Made by a program: the position numbers and the translations under genes. The notes beneath the pieces were generated by a model. That model had not been told where the DNA came from. It saw only the letters and a list, made by a program, of their open reading frames with translations, and searched no databases. From positions 1 to 59,725 of the forward strand of contig JAHFUI010000003.1 of NCBI GenBank assembly GCA_023265175.1: a DNA stretch of 59,725 bases, in the 5' to 3' direction. Shown one piece after another: positions 38,105-46,361 of the stretch; the stretch's first letter is position 1; every line of letters begins with the position of its first letter. The DNA comes from Acidobacteriota bacterium. GTDB lineage: Bacteria > Acidobacteriota > Vicinamibacteria > Vicinamibacterales > CAVVIG01.

Positions 38105-39196
38105 TTACTGGTTCGGCCTGGGCGGCGCCGCCTGAAGGAGCACGAAGAAGAGCCCGTTGGGGTCCGGCATGATGGCGGCGCGAATGCCTCCGTTCAGGGT
38201 CGCCGGCTCTCCCCCAGTCGAGACGACCGTGGATCCCGCCGTCTTCAACTTGCCGATCGTCGAATCGAGATCGCGGAGACGAAGCTGCAGTCTCGTCGCG
38301 CCCGGATCTTGAAGCCGCGGATGAATCGGCGTGCCGGTCACGCCTTTCAACTCGATGAACTCCAGGCCCAGCGGCGAACCGGGCACTTGGGCGTTGGTCA
38401 AGCGTAGCTGCGCCCCTTTCAACCCCATCAAGTCCAGCAAGGGGATATCCCGGAATTCTCCGATCCGTGGCTGGAATTGCAGCACATCGCGGTACACCTT
38501 CATCGTCTGCTCCGTGTCGGCAACGGTCAGGCGCACGCGCGCGCCGATGACGTTGCTGTCGGCCGGCGCCGTCGTCTCCGGAATCGGATTGGGCTGCAGC
38601 AACTCGACGAAGTGGCCGTCGGGATCGCTGATGATGACGCCGCGCACGCCGTTGTTCGCACCGAAGGCGAGCGGCTCGCCGCCTGGCGTCACGACAGAAA
38701 CGCCGGCGCGTTTGAGCGGCGCGAACGCCGCGTCGATGTCGCGCACGAGCAGGATCAAGGTCGTGCTGCCGGGATCCTGCGGGCGCGGACGGACCGCTTT
38801 TCGATCGAGACCCTTGACCTCGACCATCTCGACACCAACGGTGGCGCCGGGAATCCGTGCGGTGACGTACCTCATCTGCGCGCCGGGCATGCCGAACATT
38901 TTCAGGAGCGCCGGATCGGCGCCGTAGGGACGAGGGCCAGGCGCCGGCGGCGGCGGAACGGTCAGGCCCAACAACCCGCCGTAGAACTCGATAGCTTTGT
39001 CGAGATCGTTGACGATCGGGCTGTAGCTCCCCGAGCCGACGACGACCTCGCCCGCCGGCGCGGCGCCTGGCGGAGCCGCCGCCGGTGTCGGCGCCTGCGC
39101 AACGGTCACCTCTGCGCGCGCGAGCACAAGCAACACGCCCGCGGCCGCGCAGACCACAAGGGGAGTTCGCAACCAGTAACTTGTCATCATGGTCAA
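38105..39196 (-). CDS. secreted VOC (glyoxalase/bleomycin-resistance/dioxygenase) family protein, duplicated domain
   Basis: A signal peptide is followed by two VOC halves (DLDKAIEFYGGLLGL...DPDGHFVELLQ and MKVYRDVLQF...DPNGLFFVLLQ). Confidence 0.8.
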   Translation of the reverse strand: MTMMTSYWLRTPLVVCAAAGVLLVLARAEVTVAQAPTPAAAPPGAAPAGEVVVGSGSYSPIVNDLDKAIEFYGGLLGLTVPPPPAPGPRPYGADPALLKMFGMPGAQMRYVTARIPGATVGVEMVEVKGLDRKAVRPRPQDPGSTTLILLVRDIDAAFAPLKRAGVSVVTPGGEPLAFGANNGVRGVIISDPDGHFVELLQPNPIPETTAPADSNVIGARVRLTVADTEQTMKVYRDVLQFQPRIGEFRDIPLLDLMGLKGAQLRLTNAQVPGSPLGLEFIELKGVTGTPIHPRLQDPGATRLQLRLRDLDSTIGKLKTAGSTVVSTGGEPATLNGGIRAAIMPDPNGLFFVLLQAAPPRPNQ

Positions 39197-39796
39197 TTCT
39201 CCGGGTGCAGAATCAACTTCTGCACGCGCCAGTTGTTGAGATCCGCAACGTACAACTCATTTTCAGACGGACACGCGATGCTGTGCAGCCAGTTGAACTG
39301 TTTCAGCTGCCGGCCGGCCGTCCCGAGCATCCCCACCACCTTCCCGTCGAGCGTCAGCTTGTAGATGCGTCCCGGGTACGCATTCGACGCGTAGAGATAC
39401 TGGGTCGGGCCGATGTGATGCAAATCGTTGAGCGCCAGGCAGTCTTCGCCATCGGGCAAGAGACCATCGCCGGCCACGGTCAGCCGTGCAGGCGCGAGCT
39501 GAGCGTCAGGATTGCGCTGCGGCGCGCTCGGCCCGTACGACAGCGCGTCGCGCACGCCGGTCCATGCCGCGGGGTTGGCGGGAGGCATGAACCGATTCTT
39601 TCCTCCCGTGCTCGCGCCGTAGGGGATGCCCTTGAACGTCTTGATGCCCTGCACGTCAACGCCGCGAATCCTGCCGAAGGCCGTTTCGACGGTCACGGTC
39701 CCGGCCCTCGGCGGCCCGGACCCTGTGGAGCATGCCGCCCCACGCGACCGCCGACAGGGATCCCTGCGTGATGAATTGACGGCGATTCATGGTCAT
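39193..39796 (-). pseudogene. chimeric remnant: Tat signal (frameshifted), carboxylesterase type-B N-terminus, and NHL-repeat C-terminus
   Basis: MTMNRRQFITQGSLSAVAWGG lies one frame off from TAFGRIRGVDVQGIKTFKGIPYGA...EDCLALN. The latter is fused in frame to YPGRIYKLTLDGKVVG...LYVADLNNWRVQKL. Confidence 0.5.
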
Positions 39797-39893
39797 GGGA
39801 GATTCCCTCGCAGTGGCGCCATTGTAGCAACGATTCCGGGTGTTCTACGCGCCCAAGGTTTACTCGGTCGGGGCGATCACGTATGGTGTGGTG

Positions 39894-40916
39894 ATGGTCG
39901 ATCCAGTTATTCAAGTGGCACCCCTTGGGTCTCGGTGGCAGACGGCCGATCCGTTTCTGTTTTGTGTTCACCACCTCGATCACTTCCCCCCCGGCAACGA
40001 GCGTCTCGGCCCAGCGGCGTCGCTCGAGGGTCGGGACATCGGACAGGACTTCGCCGGGAAGGATGGCTGGAGCATGTACCACGGTGACGAGGTGCCCGGC
40101 TTTCCGCAGCACCCGCACCGAGGATTCGAAACCGTCACCATCGTGCGACACGGTTATATCGACCACTCGGATTCGGCGGGCGCGACCGCCCGCTATGGCA
40201 TAGGAGACGTGCAGTGGCTGACGGCGGGGGCCGGCGTCCTGCACTCGGAGATGTTCCCGTTGGTCAACGCCAGGGGCCCGAACATGCTGGAGCTCTTCCA
40301 GATCTGGCTGAACCTCCCGAGCAAGGACAAGCTCGTGGATCCTTACTTCACGATGTTCTGGGACCGTGAGATTCCACGGCTTCGTCTGACGGACGCTGGT
40401 GGGCACCGCGTCGAGGTCAGGCTGATTGCGGGAGCGCTGGACGACCTCAACCCGCTGCCGCCGCCTCCGCATTCGTGGGCAGCGAGAGACGAAGCCGACG
40501 TCGCAATCTGGTCGATTGCCATGGATGCCGGCGCGCAGTGGACCGTGCCGCCCGCCCGCGACGATCGGACGATTCGGACGCTCCACGTCTTCGCCGGCTC
40601 CGCGCTGCGCGTCGCCGGCCGCGTCGTCCCATGTCCAGCGGCGATCCAAGTCCATGCGGACCAGCCGGCGCCGATCGAGGCCGTCGACGGTCCGGTGGAG
40701 ATTCTGTTGCTGCAGGGACGCCCCATTGGCGAGCCTGTCGCTCAGTACGGTCCGTTCGTGATGAACACCCGAGCCGAGCTGGAGCAGGCGTTTGCCGACT
40801 ACCGGCGCACGCAGTTCGGCGGCTGGCCGTGGCCGGGGAATGATCCTGTGCATCCCCGCGAGCAGGGTCGTTTCGCGCGACACCCCGACGGCCGAGTCGA
40901 ACAGGCTCCCGACTGA
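39894..40916 (+). CDS. pirin family protein
   Basis: FPQHPHRGFETVTIVRHGYIDHSDSAGA...GDVQWLTAGAGVLHSEMF is the pirin cupin signature. I place the start at ATG 39894. Confidence 0.85.
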   Translation: MVDPVIQVAPLGSRWQTADPFLFCVHHLDHFPPGNERLGPAASLEGRDIGQDFAGKDGWSMYHGDEVPGFPQHPHRGFETVTIVRHGYIDHSDSAGATARYGIGDVQWLTAGAGVLHSEMFPLVNARGPNMLELFQIWLNLPSKDKLVDPYFTMFWDREIPRLRLTDAGGHRVEVRLIAGALDDLNPLPPPPHSWAARDEADVAIWSIAMDAGAQWTVPPARDDRTIRTLHVFAGSALRVAGRVVPCPAAIQVHADQPAPIEAVDGPVEILLLQGRPIGEPVAQYGPFVMNTRAELEQAFADYRRTQFGGWPWPGNDPVHPREQGRFARHPDGRVEQAPD

Positions 40917-40961
40917 TGAGCCTCCGCGCCCGGTGTTCAGTTGCGTGATAGTCTGTCGCGC

Positions 40962-41417
40962 ATGAGCCTCTTCAAGGTCAGCGTTGTGGCGCGGAACACG
41001 AAAGACGAAAACCAGGTCAGCCAGCCGACCGACGTGCTGGTGGACACCAGTTCCGAGCTGACGTGGTTACCCAGGGACTTGCTGACCAGCATCAACGTGA
41101 CCCCCGTTCGCAAGCGCAATTTCACAACGGCGACCCAGCAGATGGTCACCCGCGATACCGGCTATGCCATCGTCAGCGCTGAAGGCTTCGAGACCGTGGA
41201 CGAAGTGGTGTTCGCGGAACCCGGGGACATGGCCCTGCTCGGCGTCAGAACGTTGGAAGGGTTCGGGGTCATGGTGGACAACGTCGCTCATCGTTTCGTT
41301 GCAACGACAACCATCGTGGCCGCCAATTCGGTCTGGCACGGGCTGAGCAACCGCGTCGCCGACTATCCGCTCGACACCGCAGCGTTCGGCTGCACGACGG
41401 GCTGTAGCGACGCCTGA
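40962..41417 (+). CDS. retropepsin-like (clan AA) aspartic protease family protein
   Basis: DVLVDTSSELTWLP aligns to the DTG(A/S) active-site loop, and ALLGVRTLEGFGVMVD is the typical C-terminal flap/dimer block. GC is lower than in the neighbouring genes. Confidence 0.55.
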   Translation: MSLFKVSVVARNTKDENQVSQPTDVLVDTSSELTWLPRDLLTSINVTPVRKRNFTTATQQMVTRDTGYAIVSAEGFETVDEVVFAEPGDMALLGVRTLEGFGVMVDNVAHRFVATTTIVAANSVWHGLSNRVADYPLDTAAFGCTTGCSDA

Positions 41418-43660
41418 AGATACGCGAAACAGACGCCGCTGCGCAGGTAATTGTCGATCCGTTCGAGGATCGCCGCGCTCCGAAGCCATGCGGGACCGGT
41501 GTCACGCAGCCGGTCCTCGATGAGCGTCGACAGGAATTCGAAACCGGCGGCGATCGCGCGCTCACGCAGCGAGTCCAGCAGATGGTTCTCGAGCTCGACG
41601 GAATTCTGCACCGTGGGCAGCGTCGCCATCGCCTGCAGGTAGAACGTGTTGTTCTCACCAAACCGCGGATCGGAAGCGACGCCTTCCTCATCGTGGTTCT
41701 CGAGTGCGCTGCCGAGAACGTAACCGACGAACCGCCCCGAGACGCGATCGCGCAAGCCGATCCCGATCGCCCGTGTGTTCGTCACCGTCGCTTCGAGCGT
41801 CTCGATCGGGAACTGCAGCAGTGGTCGGTGTCCGGCTCGGAGCACGTCCGCCGGGTACTGGACAGCCGCGCCGTAGCGCTCCCGTTCGACCTCCAGGATC
41901 TGAAGCTTGTACGTCTCGAAGCCTGCTGGCGTCAGATCGACGAGCTCGACCGTGTCGAGCGGGATCGCCAGCGTGCCGACGCGGACCTTCGGGGCTGAAC
42001 CGGCCTCCGCACCGACGCTCCCACCCACGAGGTCATCGATCGCCGCGCGCAATATCGACAGGGCTTCGTCGATCGCGGACGGTTCGGTGTCATAGCGGGG
42101 ATAGAAACGCACGCTGCGCTCCCCGGCCGCCAGGAGCACGAGGCCACGCCGGAAGGCGCGGTCGAGCAACGCATCGCATAGGTCGGTGCGCTGGACGTCG
42201 AATCCGAGCATCACGCCCGCGCCGCGCACGTTTTTCAGGATCTCGGGGTAGTGGTGCGCGAGCGCCTCGATCCCGCTTCGGGCACGCTCACCGGTCCGCC
42301 GCACCTGATCGAGATCCAGTTTGTCCAGGAGCGCGATGAGTCGCACCATCCCCACCGAGTCGCCCTCCCACGTGGTGTTGAACTTCTTCTCTTCCTGAAA
42401 AAACGTCGCGAGCGCCTCGCTCACGAACAGGACTCCGTTCTGAGCCTTCTTGGCCCATGTGACGAGATCGGGCGGGCACGGGAGATCGAACAACTCGTGC
42501 GCCCACAGGCGACCGGTCATGCCCCAACCGGTCTGCACCTCGTCAAAGATGAGCGGCACATCATAGATGCGCGTGAGCAGTCGCAGTTTGCGCATAAAAC
42601 GCGCGCTCGCGATTCGCACGCCACCTTCGCCCTGAATCGGCTCGACGAGTACGGCGGCAACTCGCCGAGAGCGCCGAATGACATCGGGACTCAAGTGCGC
42701 GCGTTGCGCTTCGACGAACGCATTCACCACGTTAATGTCTTGAACGTTGGGCGCCGGCCGTGCCAGAAAGTCGTCGAGTGCGTCCACCTCGCGCCGGTAT
42801 GTGTCCCTGCTCTTGTCGGCGTGGGGCAAACGGCCGGACACCAGCAGATCCCACAACTGTTTCAGGCTGCGCTCCTCGCGTCGTCGTGTCTCCTTCGGCG
42901 AGCGCGCCTCCTCAACCGGAAAGGGAATGTGTGGCCAGTCGAACGTCGGAAAACCCAGTCGCGCCTTTTTCCGATGCGTGACGGCGAGGCTGCCCAGCGT
43001 ACGGCCATGGAACGCACCTTCAAACGACACAATGAAGCCGCCGTCACTGTCGCCCGACGTGATGACGCGGCTCAGAAGAACCGCCTTGATCGCGTTCTCG
43101 ACCGCTTCGGCGCCGGTGTTGACGATGAAGTGGCGGGGCGTACCGGCCGGCGCGATGCGATTCAGTTCCGCTTTGAGGCGCAGTGACAGCGCGGTCTGGT
43201 ATTCCGAATGCGCGTAACGCGATGTGACATAGGGGAACGACTCGAGGACGGCCTGAACCACCGACGGATCGTTCTCGCCGAAGGCGTGCGTGGCGATCAT
43301 GGCGCCCATGTCGAGGAAACGGTACGGCTCGCCAGCAGCATCGCGATCGACGATGGCAAGGTACGGTCCAATAGATTCGGCCGGATCGAAGGCCACGGGC
43401 AGCGAGAAGAACAGGCTGCGCGAGGCAGCCGCGAGCGCCGAATGCGAGGCCGGCAGGTGCTGCTCGACCAGCTCCTCGAGCGACCGCCCGCTGTCGTGCA
43501 GCGCCTCGGGCACGTACGCGTGCACCTCGCCGGCGCGATATCGGGCATTGAGTTGTGCCACGCGCTCGAGGAACTTGGCGACGTGCAGAACAGCGGGGTC
43601 AAACCCGTTCATGAGCAAGTCACCACGCTCACTATATCCGCCACGAGTGACTGGGCTCAA
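41363..43660 (-). CDS. class-III PLP aminotransferase (L-lysine 6-transaminase-like) fused to a C-terminal GNAT-like domain
   Basis: NTGAEAVENAIK, FEGAFHGRT, EPIQGEGG and FDEVQTGWGMTG are present, with the catalytic Lys in TWAKKAQ. About 240 extra C-terminal residues have an acyltransferase-like pattern. Confidence 0.7.
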   Translation of the reverse strand: MSPVTRGGYSERGDLLMNGFDPAVLHVAKFLERVAQLNARYRAGEVHAYVPEALHDSGRSLEELVEQHLPASHSALAAASRSLFFSLPVAFDPAESIGPYLAIVDRDAAGEPYRFLDMGAMIATHAFGENDPSVVQAVLESFPYVTSRYAHSEYQTALSLRLKAELNRIAPAGTPRHFIVNTGAEAVENAIKAVLLSRVITSGDSDGGFIVSFEGAFHGRTLGSLAVTHRKKARLGFPTFDWPHIPFPVEEARSPKETRRREERSLKQLWDLLVSGRLPHADKSRDTYRREVDALDDFLARPAPNVQDINVVNAFVEAQRAHLSPDVIRRSRRVAAVLVEPIQGEGGVRIASARFMRKLRLLTRIYDVPLIFDEVQTGWGMTGRLWAHELFDLPCPPDLVTWAKKAQNGVLFVSEALATFFQEEKKFNTTWEGDSVGMVRLIALLDKLDLDQVRRTGERARSGIEALAHHYPEILKNVRGAGVMLGFDVQRTDLCDALLDRAFRRGLVLLAAGERSVRFYPRYDTEPSAIDEALSILRAAIDDLVGGSVGAEAGSAPKVRVGTLAIPLDTVELVDLTPAGFETYKLQILEVERERYGAAVQYPADVLRAGHRPLLQFPIETLEATVTNTRAIGIGLRDRVSGRFVGYVLGSALENHDEEGVASDPRFGENNTFYLQAMATLPTVQNSVELENHLLDSLRERAIAAGFEFLSTLIEDRLRDTGPAWLRSAAILERIDNYLRSGVCFAYLQASLQPVVQPNAAVSSG

Positions 43661-43696
43661 ACAGATGGATAAGAACCATTCAGGCCCTGTGGCTGC

Positions 43697-43808
43697 ATTG
43701 CCTGATTACCGGTGAATCAGGAACAAGACGTCGCCCGAGTTCTGGATGGGCCTTCAGGCCGACTGGGATCTCTGGCACGCGGCGCACGCGCTGCGAAAGG
43801 CCGGCTAG
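43697..43808 (+). pseudogene. HigA-family antitoxin remnant (internal deletion/frameshift)
   Basis: LITGESGT lies in one frame, then TSPEFWMGLQADWDLWHAAHALRKAG* in another (43728-43808). FGTSPEFWLNLQ..YDLW is the HigA C-terminal signature. Confidence 0.5.
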
Positions 43809-43826
43809 TTTGCGACCAAGGTCCGC

Positions 43827-43967
43827 ATGGCGAGCCCAAACCTCCTGCGTACGCTCAACCCGCGTCATAACCCGACGCAGGAAACATTGAACAGGCTCCT
43901 CAAGCCGTTCCGTCTGAAGCTCAGCCTCGCCCCGATCGACCGACCCAAGGGTCGGCACGCAGCATAG
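43827..43967 (+). pseudogene. addiction-module antidote protein (TIGR02684-like) C-terminal fragment, 46 codons
   Basis: NLLRTLNPRHNPTQETLNRLLKPFRLKLSLAP resembles the ..gnPtl.tl.kvl.alGlkLsv.p block. The HTH N-terminal half is missing. Confidence 0.4.
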
Positions 43968-43977
43968 GTGAAGAACC

Positions 43978-44082
43978 ATGAAATCTGTCACCGCGACTGA
44001 AGCCCACAACCGACTGGGAGAGATCCTCGACGAGGCTCAACGAGAACCCATCGTGATTCGGCACAGGCCGCCGATCAGCAGA
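43978..44082 (+). pseudogene. Phd/YefM family antitoxin truncated after 34 codons
   Basis: AGGTGA-N6-ATG leads into MKSVTATEAHNRLGEILDEAQREPIVIRH, then a premature TGA. No toxin gene follows. Confidence 0.55.
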
Positions 44083-44089
44083 TGATTCC

Positions 44090-44451
44090 ATGAGCCAGTT
44101 CCCGACGAGCGCACAGACACGCGGTACGACGCGACAACCCGCCCCTGACCTGGCGGCCCCCACGGCACTCGCGCGGGCGGACCATCTCCCGAATATCGAG
44201 ACCGCAACGCTTCCCGTCAAGCACGCGCAGGCCCATGCGGCCCTCGCGGCATGTGCCCGGATTGACGAGTGTCACGACTGGGCGAACAAGATGGCGGCGA
44301 TGGCCAGCTACGCGCGAAGCAGACGAACGATGACGAGTTGCAGAAGTTGTGCTGTCGAAGGAGGCGAGGGGGTGTCCGAGAACGCTCTTCTGTTGAGCCG
44401 CCCGGGCACACCACGCCAATGGCGGCTATCGTCAGTTGCTGCGGCTTGTAG
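44090..44451 (+). pseudogene. frameshifted remnant of a prophage/plasmid-type hypothetical protein
   Basis: LPVKHAQAHAALAACARIDECHDWANKMAAMASYAR continues in another frame as AKQTNDDELQKL. I recall the pattern from phage-borne proteins but have not verified it. Confidence 0.25.
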
Positions 44452-44488
44452 TCGGTCATCAGGCTTGATCCATTGCGCCTTTACGTTT

Positions 44489-44519
44489 AGGGACGGTCGA
44501 AATCTAAAGACCGTCCCCT
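44489..44519 (-). terminator. strong hairpin downstream of the HDAC-family gene (weak U-tract)
   Basis: AGGGACGGTC, the 10-nt loop gaaatctaaa, then GACCGTCCCCT, located 90 nt after the stop at 44609. Confidence 0.35.
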
Positions 44520-44615
44520 ATCGACGTCGCCCGAAGCCGCCGATCAGATCGGTCCAGCTCAAAGCTGACCGGCTGAAAGCCGGTGGGATCAAACCTGGCC
44601 CGTGGGCACTAAAGC
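44520..44615 (-). pseudogene. paralogous copy of the 37233-37361 gene fragment (CPRARFDPTGFQP..)
   Basis: 44573-44615 matches 37311-37353 at 36/43 positions in the same orientation. The encoded peptides align (CPRA-F-PT-FQ). Confidence 0.35.
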
Positions 44616-45640
44616 TTCCAGAACGGCGCGAGCGCCCTTTTCGTTGCGTCCGCCGATGCGCGGCCACGGGTCGAGGCGACTTCGCTCTTCGGCCAGCGTG
44701 CGGGACCGACCGGGCCGGCGAGCGTCTGGACGACAGCGTCGAGCGACGCGGCCAGCGCATGGAGGTCGTACCCGCCTTCCGTCACGAGCGCCATGCGCCC
44801 ATCGCAGCACTCCGCGGCGACCTTTCTCAACTCCATGGTCATCGCCGCGAATACCTCGGTGGTCAGCCGCATGTGGGCGAGCGGATCGCGCTCGTGCGCG
44901 TCGAAGCCGGCCGACACCAGCAGAAGATTCGGCTTGAACTGACCCAGCACCGGAAGCACGACTTCCCCGAACACGCGGTGGTAATCCTCGCTCACCGCAC
45001 CGGCGTCCAGCGGAAGATTGACCGTAAAGCCTCCGCCCGCGCCCACACCGATCTCATCCGCGGCCCCCGTTCCCGGATAAAACGGAAACTGGTGGAGCGA
45101 CACATACAGCACGCGTGGACTTGATTCGAACATGTGCTGCGTGCCGTTGCCGTGATGGGCGTCGTAATCGACGATCGCCACACGCTCGGCCCCGATCGTC
45201 CGCGCATGCGCCGCGGCCACCGCCACATTGTTATAGAGGCAAAAGCCCATCGCCCGACCGCGCTCGGCGTGGTGCCCAGGCGGCCTGACGAGCGCGAGCG
45301 CGCTGCGGGACGAACCGCTCATCACGCGTTCAACCGTATCGATGGCGGCGCCGGCGGCCAGCAGCGCGATCTCGTGCGTCTCAGGCGACGTATACGTATC
45401 GGGATCCAGCGCGACCACCTGGCCGGCAGTTTCAGAGATTCGCCGGAGGTACTCGCCGTCGTGCACGCGCGCGAGCTGCTCGTGGGTGGCAGCCCGCGGC
45501 GCGACGACCTCGCCCCGCTCGTCGCGCCAACGGGCCGCAATCACGTCCATCACCTCGGCGCGCTCGGGGCGCTCGGGGTGACCGGGTGGGGTCTGATGTT
45601 CAGCGAAGCGAGGACTTGAAATCAGGATGAGGTCGTTCAT
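44609..45640 (-). CDS. histone deacetylase family protein (acetylpolyamine/acetoin-utilisation type)
   Basis: RPPGHHAE, DYDAHHGNGTQ and the FPFYPGTG blocks are present. Confidence 0.9.
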   Translation of the reverse strand: MNDLILISSPRFAEHQTPPGHPERPERAEVMDVIAARWRDERGEVVAPRAATHEQLARVHDGEYLRRISETAGQVVALDPDTYTSPETHEIALLAAGAAIDTVERVMSGSSRSALALVRPPGHHAERGRAMGFCLYNNVAVAAAHARTIGAERVAIVDYDAHHGNGTQHMFESSPRVLYVSLHQFPFYPGTGAADEIGVGAGGGFTVNLPLDAGAVSEDYHRVFGEVVLPVLGQFKPNLLLVSAGFDAHERDPLAHMRLTTEVFAAMTMELRKVAAECCDGRMALVTEGGYDLHALAASLDAVVQTLAGPVGPARWPKSEVASTRGRASADATKRALAPFWKL

Positions 45641-46323
45641 CAGCTTCGAATGAGCTCGAGGGCGCGCTGTTCGAGCGCGGTCAAGCGCTGTTCAAGGGTC
45701 AATCGCGCGCGCTCGATGGCGGCATCGTCCGCGTCTGAGGCGACCTCGAACGGCTCGCCCATCGCAATGGACACGGTCGCGAACGGCTTCGGGATCTGCG
45801 TGCGATCCCAACTGCGGAGCGTCCAGTGACGATTCGCTTCCACGTGGAATGGCAGCACCGGGTTGCCGGTCGCCTTGGCGAGCCACACAGCGCCCGGCTG
45901 GGCGACACGCGCCGGACCGCGCGGGCCGTCGACGGTGAATCCGGCCGGCTTTCCCTCCGCCATATCACGTGTCAACTGGAGCAACGCCTTGCGGGCGCCC
46001 CGCGACGTCGATCCGCGGGCGGTTCCGTAGCCGAACCGTTCGATGATGCCCGCAATCCACTCGCCGTCGAAGTTCTCGCTCGTGATGACGACGATTCCGC
46101 GGCGGCGAAAGTAGTAGGTGGCAGGGAGGATGCGTCCGTGCCAGAACGCCATGATCGGCTGGCGCCCGCCGGCGATGATCTGATCGAGGTGCCCGAGTCC
46201 GTCGGTCCGCCAGCGCAGCGTCGACCCAAGAACCGCAATCAGCCGATACCCGACCGCGGCAATCAGCTTCGCCTGCAGGCGTTTGCTCACAGACCCGCGC
46301 CAGTCGGCCGCTGCCCTCACCAC
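45640..46323 (-). CDS. DUF374 domain-containing lysophospholipid acyltransferase-like protein
   Basis: MAFWHGRILP...SENFDGEWIAGIIERFGYGTARGSTSRGA...FTVDGPRGP is the typical DUF374 pattern. Confidence 0.7.
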   Translation of the reverse strand: MVRAAADWRGSVSKRLQAKLIAAVGYRLIAVLGSTLRWRTDGLGHLDQIIAGGRQPIMAFWHGRILPATYYFRRRGIVVITSENFDGEWIAGIIERFGYGTARGSTSRGARKALLQLTRDMAEGKPAGFTVDGPRGPARVAQPGAVWLAKATGNPVLPFHVEANRHWTLRSWDRTQIPKPFATVSIAMGEPFEVASDADDAAIERARLTLEQRLTALEQRALELIRS

Positions 46324-46361
46324 TTCACCAACTCACCACGTCATCAACGCTCACATCCTCC

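Noticed and set aside
44452-45124. The remainder of the 344-aa plus-strand ORF 44090-45124.
   Set aside because: Beyond about 44.45 kb it runs through a hairpin and a gene fragment, and then antisense to the well-supported HDAC-family gene. Only the first ~120 codons resemble a real (frameshifted) gene.
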